Source: Myxococcota bacterium
GTDB taxonomy: Bacteria; Myxococcota_A; UBA796; SXON01
Length of the DNA: 64,000 nucleotides
Direction of reading: 5' to 3'
Assembly (NCBI GenBank): GCA_040386535.1
Contig: JAZKFH010000003.1
Location: forward strand, 96,001-160,000
The stretch's first letter is position 1. Each line of letters starts with the position of its first letter. Positions 28,971 through 38,350 of this stretch are shown piece after piece. The notes beneath the pieces are model-generated. The model was not told the origin of the DNA and searched no databases. It worked only from the letters and a program-made list of their open reading frames with translations. Made by a program: the position numbers and the translations under genes.

Positions 28971-30491
28971 TTGGAACAGCGTCACACAGAGCGCGTCAGC
29001 ACCGGCATCGATGGGCTCGACACCATTCTCCGGGGCGGTCTTCCAGCCCATCGGCTCTACCTCGTGCAGGGTGACCCCGGCGTCGGCAAGACCACGCTGG
29101 CGCTCCAGTTCCTGCTCGAGGGCGCACGTGCGGGCGAACGCACGCTCTATGTCACCCTCTCCGAGACGCTCGAGGAGCTCGGCGGCGTCGCCGCGTCCCA
29201 CGGCTGGGATCTGACCGGCATCGACGTGTTCGAGATGTCCGCCGGCGAGTCCGCCGCCACCGCGGACGAGAACACCTTGTACCTGCCCTCCGAGGTCGAG
29301 CTCGGCGAACGGATGGCGGCGCTCCTGGCCGAGGTGGAGCGCGTGAACCCGCGGCGGATCGTCCTCGACTCATGTACCGAGCTGCGGCTCCTCGCCCAGA
29401 CCGCGCTGCGATTCCGGCGGCAGGTGCTGGCCTTCAAGGAAGGCCTCGTGCGGCGGAGCTGCACCGTGCTGCTGCTCGAGACGCCCATCGTACGGGGCGG
29501 GGATGCGATGCTGCAGAGCCTCGTGCACGGCGTCGTCGAGATGGAGCAGCTGTCGCCGCTGTACGGGGCCGAGCGTCGGCGGCTCCGGATCGTGAAGCTG
29601 CGGGAAGTGAAGTTCCGCGGCGGATACCACGACATGACCCTGGTCGACGACGGGGTGCGGGTGTTCCCACGGCTCGTGGCGGCCGAACATTCGCCCGGGT
29701 TCGAGAAGGGGTTGGTGGCGAGCGGGAACGCGTCCATCGACACGCTCGTGGGCGGCGGGCTGGAGCGCGGAACGAGCGCGCTGCTCCTCGGCCCGGCCGG
29801 TGCCGGCAAGTCCACGTTCGCCGTCCGGTATGCCGTCGCTGCGGCCAGCCGGGGCGAGTACGTGTGTCTGTTCATGTTCGACGAGGGCCTCGAAACCCTC
29901 CTCGTCCGGTGCGCCCGCCTCGGATTGCCGCTCGAGCCCCACATCGCCTCGGGGCTGATGAAGGTCCAGCAGATCGATCCCGCCGAGCTCTCGCCGGGGG
30001 AGTTCGCCCATCGGGTCCGCGACGAGGTCGAGCAGCGCAAGGCGCGCGTCGTGATCATCGACAGCCTGAACGGCTACCTCAACGCGATGCCCGAGGAGCA
30101 CTTCGTCGTCATCCAGCTCCACGAGGTGCTCAGCTACCTGCGTCAGCAGGGGGTGCTCACGCTCCTCACGCTCGCGCAGCACGGCCTGGTGGGGCCGACG
30201 ATGACGACCACGGTGGACGTGAGCTACCTCGCCGACACCGTGGTGGTGCTGCGCTACTTCGAGGCCGCGGGCCGCCTGCGCAAGGCCGTGTCGGTGCTGA
30301 AGAAGCGCTCGGGCCTGCACGAGGACACCATCCGCGAGTACACCCTCGGGCAGAACGGCCTCGAAGTGGGGCCGCCGCTCACCTCGTTCCACGGGATTCT
30401 CACCGGCGCGCCGACCTTCCTGGGGGACGCGGGCGAGGGCGGTCCTCTCCTGGGGGCAGCGGCGGGCGCGAACCTCGGAGTGGCGGAGTGA
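28971..30491 (+). CDS. KaiC-like tandem RecA-fold ATPase
   Basis: STGIDGLDTILRGGLP; two Walker A motifs (GDPGVGKT and GPAGAGKS); VIIDSL; DVSYLAD; KKRSGLH. TTG start after GGAGG. Confidence 0.9.
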   Translation: MEQRHTERVSTGIDGLDTILRGGLPAHRLYLVQGDPGVGKTTLALQFLLEGARAGERTLYVTLSETLEELGGVAASHGWDLTGIDVFEMSAGESAATADENTLYLPSEVELGERMAALLAEVERVNPRRIVLDSCTELRLLAQTALRFRRQVLAFKEGLVRRSCTVLLLETPIVRGGDAMLQSLVHGVVEMEQLSPLYGAERRRLRIVKLREVKFRGGYHDMTLVDDGVRVFPRLVAAEHSPGFEKGLVASGNASIDTLVGGGLERGTSALLLGPAGAGKSTFAVRYAVAAASRGEYVCLFMFDEGLETLLVRCARLGLPLEPHIASGLMKVQQIDPAELSPGEFAHRVRDEVEQRKARVVIIDSLNGYLNAMPEEHFVVIQLHEVLSYLRQQGVLTLLTLAQHGLVGPTMTTTVDVSYLADTVVVLRYFEAAGRLRKAVSVLKKRSGLHEDTIREYTLGQNGLEVGPPLTSFHGILTGAPTFLGDAGEGGPLLGAAAGANLGVAE

Positions 30492-32053
30492 CGGAGCGCG
30501 AACGGCTCGAAGGGCGCCTCCTCGTCCTCACGCCGACCGGCCGCGACGCGTTGTTGACGTGCGAGCTCCTCGCCCACGCGGAATTCGCGACCCTGGTGTG
30601 CGCCGACCTCCAACATCTGTGCCGGGAGGCGGCCCGGGGCGCGGCCGCGCTGATGGTCGCCGAGGAGGTCCTCCGCGCCCCTGCCCGGGCCGTTCTCGTC
30701 GAGATGCTCGATCAACAGCCGTCCTGGTCGGACCTGCCCGTGTTGATCTTCACCGGGGAGGGCGCCACCTTGCGCGGCCGCGCACCCGCCCTCGATCTGC
30801 TCGGGCCCCGCGCCAACGTCACGCTCCTCGACCGCCCGCTCCGACCGATCACCATGCTGAGCGCCGCGCGCGCCGCGGTCCGCGCCCGCCGGCGCCAATA
30901 TGAGGCCCGCGAGGAGATCGAGCGCCAGGCGCTCGCCGTGCGCCAGCGCGACGAGTTCCTCGCGATGCTCGGGCACGAGCTGCGGAACCCCCTCGGCTCC
31001 ATCCTCCTGGCGGCCGAGATCCTCAGTCGGGGCACCTCGGACGACCCCGCCAAACAGCACGACATCATCCGTCGGCACGGGCGGCACCTGGCCCGCCTCA
31101 TGGACGACCTCCTCGACGTGGCGCGCGTGACCTCCGGGAAGATCTCCTTGCAGCGCAACGCGGTCGACCTGCAGGATCTCGTGGCGCGCTGCATCGCCGC
31201 CGTCGAGCCCGCCGCGCGGTCGCAGGGCCTGGAGATCGGCATGGCCGGCGTCCCCGAGCCGATCTTCGTCGACGGAGACCCGGTCCGCCTCGAACAGGTG
31301 GTGTCGAACCTGCTGGCGAACGCGGTGAAGTACACGCCCTCCGGCGGCCACGTCGATGTCTCGGTCGGCCGGGACGGTGAGGAGGCGAACATCCATGTGC
31401 GTGACGACGGCGTGGGGCTCGACGAGGAGACCCTCTCGCACGCGTTCGACCTCTTCGCGCAGTCGGAGCGCACGCTCGACCGCTCCCAGGGTGGGCTGGG
31501 GATAGGGCTGACGCTCGTGCGTTCGCTCGTCCAGCTGCACGGCGGCACCGTGCACGCCGAGAGCGAAGGCCGCGGCAGCGGGAGCGACTTCGTCGTCCGC
31601 CTCCCCCTGGGCGCGCCCCCGCCGCCCCTGGTCGAGCCGCCCGGCGCCGCGTCTCCGGTCGCCGGGGTCGTCCAACGCATCCTCGTGGTGGAGGACAACA
31701 ACGACATGCTGGACATGATGTTGTGCCTGCTCGAGGGCCTCGGCCACGAGACCCACGGCGCGGAGGACGGCGTCGAGGGGGTCGCCGCAGCGCTGAGGTT
31801 CCGACCGACGCTCGCGCTCGTCGACCTGGGCCTGCCCCGCCTCGACGGCTACGGCGTCGCCCGCCAGATCCGCGCGGCGCTCGGAGCGAGCGTGAAGCTC
31901 GTGGCGCTCTCCGGCTACGGTCGGCCGGAGGACCGCCAGCGCGCGTTCGATGCGGGCTTCGACGAGCATCTCACGAAGCCGCTCGAACCCAACGAGCTCG
32001 ATCGGCTCCTGGCCGCGGAGTCTCCGGCCGTGCGCACGCTCCGGACAGGTTAG
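30488..32053 (+). CDS. Hybrid histidine kinase with an N-terminal degenerate receiver and a C-terminal REC domain
   Basis: GTG start overlaps the KaiC-like stop (GTGA). LGHELRNPL, NLLANAVKYT and GGLGIGL motifs; C-terminal VVEDN...VDLGLP...KP. Confidence 0.92.
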   Translation: MTERERLEGRLLVLTPTGRDALLTCELLAHAEFATLVCADLQHLCREAARGAAALMVAEEVLRAPARAVLVEMLDQQPSWSDLPVLIFTGEGATLRGRAPALDLLGPRANVTLLDRPLRPITMLSAARAAVRARRRQYEAREEIERQALAVRQRDEFLAMLGHELRNPLGSILLAAEILSRGTSDDPAKQHDIIRRHGRHLARLMDDLLDVARVTSGKISLQRNAVDLQDLVARCIAAVEPAARSQGLEIGMAGVPEPIFVDGDPVRLEQVVSNLLANAVKYTPSGGHVDVSVGRDGEEANIHVRDDGVGLDEETLSHAFDLFAQSERTLDRSQGGLGIGLTLVRSLVQLHGGTVHAESEGRGSGSDFVVRLPLGAPPPPLVEPPGAASPVAGVVQRILVVEDNNDMLDMMLCLLEGLGHETHGAEDGVEGVAAALRFRPTLALVDLGLPRLDGYGVARQIRAALGASVKLVALSGYGRPEDRQRAFDAGFDEHLTKPLEPNELDRLLAAESPAVRTLRTG

Positions 32054-32081
32054 CGATCGCCACGTCCAGAGGAAGCCGACG

Positions 32082-33002
32082 ATGAACACCCTGCATCGAT
32101 TGCTCCTGACCGTGTCGCTCGTGGTGGGGTGCGGCAGCACGAATATCATCGGGGACTCCGGGTCCGACGCGGACACCGATACGGATACGGATACGGATAC
32201 CGATACCGATACCGATACTGATACGGACACCGATACCGATACCGATACCGATACCGATACCGATACCGATACGGACACCGACACCGATACCGATACCGAT
32301 ACCGATACGGATACCGATACGGATACCGATACGGATACCGATACGGATACCGATACGGATACGGATACGGATACGGACACCGATACGGACACCGATACGG
32401 ATACGGATACGGACACTGATACGGACACCGACCCGGCGACATGCGACGATCCGGATATTGTCCTCACCGACGTGTACGTGGCCGAGCGCAACGACGAGCT
32501 CTTCACGGACTGCTGCCCCGACGGCGAGGTGCTCGTGGGGTTCAGCGGCGAGTCCACGGCCGGTCCGGACTATTACATCGGCAAGCTCCGTGGCCTCTGC
32601 GGCGTGCCCGCGGGCACCTGTGACGAAACCGGAGCGGGCAGCGTTTCCATCTCCGCTGGCACCACACTCTCCACCCGTGGCACGAACGGGGCTGTCGCGT
32701 GGGAGCGCGCCTGCCCGGACGGCGAGGTCATCGTCGGGTTCAGTGGCAAGGCCGGGTGGTGGTTCGACGGCTTCACCTTCTCCTGCGCGCCGCTGGAATT
32801 GGACTGTGTCGACAGCGTCTACACACTGGGCGCGTCTACCGAGCTCGAGCCGTACGGTGGAGCCGGCGGGGTGTCGTTCGATCCCATCGCGTGCGAGCCC
32901 GGCACCATCGGCGTGACCACGGTGATCGGCACCGGGTACGGGGAGGGCGAAGGGTTCGTCACCGGCTTGGGCCTGGGATGCAAGGCCCTCCCGTTCGAAT
33001 AG
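32082..33002 (+). CDS. Lipoprotein with a long Asp-Thr linker and a Cys-rich beta-prism/jacalin-like domain
   Basis: LVVGC lipobox; DT tract; then repeated CPDGEV(L/I)VGFSG units typical of three-fold beta-prism modules. Confidence 0.8.
   Translation: MNTLHRLLLTVSLVVGCGSTNIIGDSGSDADTDTDTDTDTDTDTDTDTDTDTDTDTDTDTDTDTDTDTDTDTDTDTDTDTDTDTDTDTDTDTDTDTDTDTDTDTDTDTDTDTDTDTDPATCDDPDIVLTDVYVAERNDELFTDCCPDGEVLVGFSGESTAGPDYYIGKLRGLCGVPAGTCDETGAGSVSISAGTTLSTRGTNGAVAWERACPDGEVIVGFSGKAGWWFDGFTFSCAPLELDCVDSVYTLGASTELEPYGGAGGVSFDPIACEPGTIGVTTVIGTGYGEGEGFVTGLGLGCKALPFE
32172..32429 (+). repeat. Hexanucleotide tandem repeat GA(T/C)AC(C/G/T), 43 units, encoding (Asp-Thr)43
   Basis: Directly visible: 258 bp of gatacc/gatacg/gacacc units. 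Confidence 0.97.
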
Positions 33003-33023
33003 CCGCGGTGCTCGGTTCGAGCT

Positions 33024-34814
33024 TCAGAAGCCCGTGCCGAGCACGACGTACGCCGCACCGCTCAGGTTGGCCCCGGCGTCGTTGGCGTAGGCCCCTACGA
33101 AGAGGTCGGGGTATCCGTCGCCGTTGAAGTCCTCTCCGCCGGAAACCGAGCCGGCGCCGTCACCGACGTGCTCCCCCGTCAGGCTCGTGTCCCCCGTGCC
33201 GAGGGTCAGCGCGCCGACCGCCGCGGCGCCCGACACGAGCCAGGCCGCTCCCTCGTCGCGACTCCAGTACCCGGTGTCGCCCACGAGCAGGTCGTCGTGG
33301 CCGTCTCCGTCGGTGTCACCGGCGCCCGCCACGGACCACCCGGCATCGCCCGAGGTGTACGGGGTCGAGAAGACGGCGGCGGACGCCGCGAGCGGGACCG
33401 ACGCGGGCGAGGCCGAGCCGTGGACCAGGTACGCCCGCCCGCCCATCGAGTACTCCGGGGCGCCGACCAGGAAGTCCGCGTACCCGTCGGCGTTGCTGTC
33501 GCCAACGCCTGCGAGCGCGGCGCCCGCCTCCCCGCGCGAGTACGCCCCCTCGAACACCGCATCGGCCGCCTCGAGCCCGAGGGAGCCCGGGCTGGCGGAC
33601 CCGAGGACGAGGTACACGACGCCGGCGTCCTCCGCGAGGGCGTCGCTCAACGGGGCGCCGACGAGCAGGTCGGGGTGGCCGTCTCCGTCCACGTCTCCCG
33701 CGCCGGCGACCGCGGCGCCAGCGGTGTCGACGGCGGCCACCCCGCCGTAGGTCGCGCCCACGGTGCCGAGCGTCGCCGAGGCGACCGTGCTGGCCCCCAG
33801 GATGAGGTAGGCGGCGCCGGCCCCCGCGCCCCCGTCGTCGGCCGCCCACGCGCCGACGAGCATGTCCGCCAGCCCGTCCCCGTCCACGTCACCGGCCGCC
33901 GCGACGGCCGCGCCGCCGTTGTCGTAGCGCCCGGCGCCGAGGAAGGTCGCGTCCGCGTCGGCGAGCGAACGTGACCCCATCGAGGGGGAGCCGAGCACGA
34001 GGTGGGCCGCGCCCGTGTACTCGTCCCGGTGGGGCGAGCCGATCAGGAAGTCGCCGAGGCCGTCGCCGTCGACATCGCCGAGCCCTGCCAGCCCGTCGCC
34101 GGCCCGGGCGGACTCCCCGTCGCCGTCGAACCGCGCATCCGCGTCGTCGAGCGAGCCCGAGGTGGGCGAGGCCGACCCGAGGACGAGGTACACGGCGCCC
34201 TGGGTGCTCTGCGTCTCGCCGTGCGTCACGGCCCCGATCAGGAAGTCGTCGAAGCCGTCCCCATCGACGTCCGCCACACCCTCCACCGAAAGCCCCGCGC
34301 GGTCACTGCTCTCCTCTCCGGTGTACCGGGCGTCGGCATCCGCGAGGCTGAGGTCGGCGAGGACACACTCGGGCACGCCCTCGTCGCAGTTGTTGTCCAC
34401 CTGGTCGCGGCACACCTCTTCCCGTCCCGGCGCGATCGCGGCGTCGCCGTCGTCGCAGTCGTCGCCGAGAGCCGAGTAGCCGGGCGCCTCCACGCACACG
34501 CACGCGGTGCCCTCCCCACCGTGCCCGTCCCCGTCGGCGTCCACGAAGAAGGGCTGGCATCCGAGCGCGTCGGAGTCGTTCGTGTCGCCGTCGCAGTCGT
34601 CGTCCGCGGCCGTCGCGCACTCCTCCGTGCCGCCGGGGTGGATCCGATCGTCGGCGTCGTCGCAGTCACCGGCCTCCACGGTGTACCCGTCGGCGTCCAC
34701 GTCCGAAGGGATCGGGGCGGTGTCGGGGGCGGTGTCGGAGGTCTTGTCGTCGGGCTCGGATGGGGAGGTGCACGCGAGGAGGAGGATCGCGACGAGGGCC
34801 GGGGGGGTGCGCAT
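33024..34814 (-). CDS. Lipoprotein with MopE-like repeats and an FG-GAP beta-propeller
   Basis: LLAC lipobox; DCDD...CDG repeats; multiple GDVDGDG..D.LVGA...GAVYLVLG repeats. Confidence 0.9.
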   Translation of the reverse strand: MRTPPALVAILLLACTSPSEPDDKTSDTAPDTAPIPSDVDADGYTVEAGDCDDADDRIHPGGTEECATAADDDCDGDTNDSDALGCQPFFVDADGDGHGGEGTACVCVEAPGYSALGDDCDDGDAAIAPGREEVCRDQVDNNCDEGVPECVLADLSLADADARYTGEESSDRAGLSVEGVADVDGDGFDDFLIGAVTHGETQSTQGAVYLVLGSASPTSGSLDDADARFDGDGESARAGDGLAGLGDVDGDGLGDFLIGSPHRDEYTGAAHLVLGSPSMGSRSLADADATFLGAGRYDNGGAAVAAAGDVDGDGLADMLVGAWAADDGGAGAGAAYLILGASTVASATLGTVGATYGGVAAVDTAGAAVAGAGDVDGDGHPDLLVGAPLSDALAEDAGVVYLVLGSASPGSLGLEAADAVFEGAYSRGEAGAALAGVGDSNADGYADFLVGAPEYSMGGRAYLVHGSASPASVPLAASAAVFSTPYTSGDAGWSVAGAGDTDGDGHDDLLVGDTGYWSRDEGAAWLVSGAAAVGALTLGTGDTSLTGEHVGDGAGSVSGGEDFNGDGYPDLFVGAYANDAGANLSGAAYVVLGTGF

Positions 34815-34941
34815 TCCCGGGCGGGTAACCGAAGCGGTGCAGCGGGGCGCGGGGGAACGGAGGCAGGCGCCCGGTCACGACGGGGCCCGGGGTGGGGCCA
34901 GGCATCCGAGCGCGCGGCGCCGCCTGCGATAGACGGACCGC

Positions 34942-35859
34942 ATGGACTTTGGCGCGGTCGACGACGCTCGCGGGATCGACTTCTCCCTCCCCCCGCTCGA
35001 CCCGGCGTGCCTCGCGCGCTGGCTAGTCGTGTCGGCTCCGAGCGAGCACCGGCTCGCCGTCCACTCCGGCGCCCCGATGTGGGGCGAGAAGGCGTGGGTC
35101 GGCCCGCTCTACCCCGAGGGCCTCCCGCCGCGCGCGTGGCTCGGCCACTACGCCGCCCGCCTCGGCGCCGTCGAGCACAACGGCACCTTCTACGCCATCC
35201 CCACACCGGAGCTCGTCGCGGGTTGGGCGGCCGTGACCCCGCCCACCTTCCGGTTCTGCGTGAAGGTGCCGAAGACCATCTCGCACGCGGGCCCGTGGCG
35301 CGAGGACGCCCCGCGGTTCGGCGCCGCCGTGCGCACGTTCGGCGAGCGCCTGGGCCCCGTCCTGTTCCAGGTTCCCCCCGAGGTGGGGCCCGCGCACCTG
35401 CCCGAGATCATCGCGCGGATCACGGCGCTGGGGCCCGATCTGCCGGTCGCCGTCGAGGTCCGCCACCCCGACTTCTTCCGCGAGGGCCGCCTCGCGCCGG
35501 CGCTCGTGGAGTGGATGGCCCGCACGGACCGCATCGCCGTCGTCACCGACACGCCGGGGCGTCGCGACGTGGCGCACGCGTCGCTCCCCTCCCCTCGGCT
35601 CTACCTCCGCTTCCTCGCGTGCGAGGGCCCCGACGATGCCCGCGTGGCCGACTGGGCGGACCGCATCGCCGCCTGGACCGACCTCGGGCTCCGCGAGGCC
35701 TGGGTGTTCGTCCACCAGCGCGACGTCGTCGGGCTCCTCACCCGTGTGGAGGCCCTGCACCGCGCCCTCACCACGCGCCTGGAGGGCCGCCTCGTGGCGC
35801 CCCTCCCCACGAGGCTCCTGCGCCCGCCACCGCTCGGGTTGTTCGGACCCCGATCGTGA
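34942..35859 (+). CDS. DUF72 (YecE-like) protein
   Basis: WVGPLYP, VEHNGTFYAIP, FRFCVKVPKTISH, LGPVLFQVPP and AVEVRHP motifs. Confidence 0.9.
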   Translation: MDFGAVDDARGIDFSLPPLDPACLARWLVVSAPSEHRLAVHSGAPMWGEKAWVGPLYPEGLPPRAWLGHYAARLGAVEHNGTFYAIPTPELVAGWAAVTPPTFRFCVKVPKTISHAGPWREDAPRFGAAVRTFGERLGPVLFQVPPEVGPAHLPEIIARITALGPDLPVAVEVRHPDFFREGRLAPALVEWMARTDRIAVVTDTPGRRDVAHASLPSPRLYLRFLACEGPDDARVADWADRIAAWTDLGLREAWVFVHQRDVVGLLTRVEALHRALTTRLEGRLVAPLPTRLLRPPPLGLFGPRS

Positions 35860-36525
35860 TCAGAGCTCCTCGATCCAGTCCCCGAGCCGCTTCCGGACCG
35901 GATTGGCAGACTCGACATCACGACGATCCTGCAGGAGCTTCTTCGCCTCGGAGCGCTTTCCGGTGCGGCCGCCGATGTCGAACACGGCCTTGCCCGCGGC
36001 GATGCGCACGTTCTGCTCAGGGTCCGCGAGGTGCTTCTTCGGCACGGTGAGGCTGCGGCTCCGCTCGCCGAGCGCGTCGAGCGCCTCCACCCGCGCGTCG
36101 TCCCCGCCGTTCGTCGCCACCCAGGCCGCGGCCGCCTCGTGCGCGGAGGCGCTGCCCGTGCCGCGCTTCCACCGGGCGCGCACCACGCGCCACGCCTTGA
36201 ACTGCACGGCGGCGTCGCTGTCGTTCTTCAGCACCCACACGATGGCGTCGGTCATCGCCGCGTCCGGCTCGTGCTGGACGAGCGCGTCCATCCGCGCGCC
36301 CGGGGTGCCGGACTTCAGCTCGGCCGGCACCTGGTCGACCGTGAACTCGGCCCGTGCCGCCGGAGCCTCCACGGCGGGGGTGGCCACGGCCCCCTCGGAC
36401 AGCGGAACGTCAGCGGCCGGAGGCTCGACCGGCACCTCGATGGCCGGCTCGGTCTCGGCGGAGCCCCCACACGCGAGCGCGAGGATCAGCGAGCCCAGGA
36501 GGAAGAGCGGGGGGAACGCGCGCAT
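35860..36525 (-). CDS. Lipoprotein with HEAT-like repeats
   Basis: LALAC lipobox, Pro/Ala linker, and helical repeats such as VRVEALDALG-like and DPEQNVRIAAGKA. Confidence 0.7.
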   Translation of the reverse strand: MRAFPPLFLLGSLILALACGGSAETEPAIEVPVEPPAADVPLSEGAVATPAVEAPAARAEFTVDQVPAELKSGTPGARMDALVQHEPDAAMTDAIVWVLKNDSDAAVQFKAWRVVRARWKRGTGSASAHEAAAAWVATNGGDDARVEALDALGERSRSLTVPKKHLADPEQNVRIAAGKAVFDIGGRTGKRSEAKKLLQDRRDVESANPVRKRLGDWIEEL

Positions 36526-36579
36526 GTACGCCTCGAGACGACGGCCGACCCTAACCCGGTCGACGCCGAGGCCCGCCGC

Positions 36580-38247
36580 CTACCACTCCTCGATCTCGCG
36601 GCAGCTCGACGCGTCACATGTCACCTTGGTCACACGCGCCGGGTTGACCGTGACGTTGTAGAGCTGCACGGTCTCGCCGTTGGTGAGCGTCACGTCCGCC
36701 GTGTAGTCGCCCACGGCGGCCTCTCCCTTGCCGAACACGCCGGGCGTCCCGGTCAGGATGATCGTCGCCGCCTGCCCTTCCAGCGTGACGATCCCGGTCT
36801 TCGTCATCCCGCGCGCGCCGGGCACGGTGGCCGATCGGTCGGGCCGCCTCGTCGTCACCGGCGTGGGCGTCGCAGCCACCGGCTCGACGGCAGCTGTGGG
36901 GGTCACCGGCACCATGGCCGCCGGAGCCGCCGTCGCGACCGTCGTCACCGGAACCGTCGTCACCGGAACCGCCGTCACCGGAACCGCCGTCACCGGAACC
37001 GCCGTCACCGTCGTAACCGGCGCCTCAACCGGTGCCTCAACCGGCGTCGTGACCGCCGCCACCGGCTCGACCACCGCCACCGGCTCGACCACCACCACCG
37101 GCACCTCCGCCGGCGCATCCACCACCACCGTCGCAGGCGTCCCCACGCTCGGCGTCGACGTGCTCCACACCCACCACGCGCCGAGCCCGACCACCGCGAG
37201 CCCCAGCACCGCGAAGGTCCCGAACGCCATGGTGCCCGCGGCCGCGATCAGGGCCGTGCGGGGGGCGCCCGTCGACGTGCCCTGCACCCGCAGCGACATC
37301 TCGCTCGGGCGCTCGATCATCATGGTCCCGACGCGGCCGCCGCCCTCTTCCCGCCCCTTGCGCGCCTTCATCGCCGGCGGCACCACCCGCTCCGCCCAGT
37401 CCTCGAGGATCATGCCCCCGAGCTGGCCGCGGATCCGCGCGAACGACCGCGCGCAGTCCCGCGCCGAGGGACGCTCGCCGGGCGAGTGGGCGAGCATGGC
37501 GCAGATGAGATCCCGCAACGGCAGGCTCGTCTCGCGGATCTGGCGCCAGGCGCCCGCGAGCTGGATGCCCGGCGGCACCCGCTCCAGCTCCATCGGGCTC
37601 TGGCCGGGGGGCTCGCCCGCCAACATCTCGAAGAGGGTCACGCCGAGCGCGTACACGTCCCCCGCGAAGGTGTCCTCGCCCCGGAACCGCTCGGGCGCCA
37701 TGTAGGTCGGCGTGCCGAAGACGGCGTTGGTCCCCCCCGCCTCGCGGGCCGAGAAGTCGGCGCGCGCCACGCCGAAGTCGAGCAGCTTGACCTCGCCCTG
37801 CGCGGTGACCCGGATGTTGCCCGGCTTCACGTCGCGGTGGACCAGGCGGATCGGCCGGCCGTCCGGGCCCGGCTGGGTGGCGGCGGTGTGCAGGGCGTTG
37901 GCGATCTCCTCGGCGATCGCCAGGGCGACACGCGGCGGGAGCGGCCCGTCCGTCAGCAGCGCGGCCACGTCGCAGCCCTCGATGTACTCCATGACGACGG
38001 ACCAGTGGCCGTCGAGCTCCACCAGGTCGTCCACCCGCACGATGGCGCGGTGGCGGATCATGGAGAGCATGCGCGCCTCGTCCCTCAGGCGCTCGAGCAG
38101 CCCCGGGATCGCGGCCTGTTCGGGCCGGAGCACCTTGATGGCGACCGGGCGGCTGATGCCGGTCCCCACGGTGTCCGCGAGGTACACCGCGCCGAACGCA
38201 CCGCGCCCGAGGAGCTCCGTGACCCGATAGCTTCGCGCGCCATTCAT
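36580..38247 (-). CDS. Membrane Hanks-type Ser/Thr protein kinase
   Basis: LGRGAFGAV, VAIK, HRDVKPGN, DFG and YMAPE all intact; then a TM helix, a Val/Thr/Pro linker and a small PEGA-like C-terminal domain. Confidence 0.93.
   Translation of the reverse strand: MNGARSYRVTELLGRGAFGAVYLADTVGTGISRPVAIKVLRPEQAAIPGLLERLRDEARMLSMIRHRAIVRVDDLVELDGHWSVVMEYIEGCDVAALLTDGPLPPRVALAIAEEIANALHTAATQPGPDGRPIRLVHRDVKPGNIRVTAQGEVKLLDFGVARADFSAREAGGTNAVFGTPTYMAPERFRGEDTFAGDVYALGVTLFEMLAGEPPGQSPMELERVPPGIQLAGAWRQIRETSLPLRDLICAMLAHSPGERPSARDCARSFARIRGQLGGMILEDWAERVVPPAMKARKGREEGGGRVGTMMIERPSEMSLRVQGTSTGAPRTALIAAAGTMAFGTFAVLGLAVVGLGAWWVWSTSTPSVGTPATVVVDAPAEVPVVVVEPVAVVEPVAAVTTPVEAPVEAPVTTVTAVPVTAVPVTAVPVTTVPVTTVATAAPAAMVPVTPTAAVEPVAATPTPVTTRRPDRSATVPGARGMTKTGIVTLEGQAATIILTGTPGVFGKGEAAVGDYTADVTLTNGETVQLYNVTVNPARVTKVTCDASSCREIEEW
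36944..37010. repeat. 15-bp tandem repeat (gtcaccggaaccgyc), about 4.5 copies, encoding VTAVP in the kinase linker
   Basis: Directly visible in the sequence. Confidence 0.9.
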
Positions 38248-38350
38248 CCGAGGTGACGCTACCATGCGGAGGCTCCGCGGTGTGGGTAGAATGACGCCTC
38301 CTTGCTCCCTCCCCCGTGAACGCTCCCGTCGCGGGGGCCTCCGGAGCCCG

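Noticed and set aside
32172..32429. Possible CRISPR array
   Set aside because: A 6-bp microsatellite with no unique spacers and no cas genes in the window.
30254..32557. Minus-strand ORF with a long (Ser-Val)n tract, and the Tyr/Arg/Pro ORF at 32146-32442
   Set aside because: Antisense readings of the Asp-Thr hexamer repeat; the plus-strand frame has a lipobox and a folded domain.
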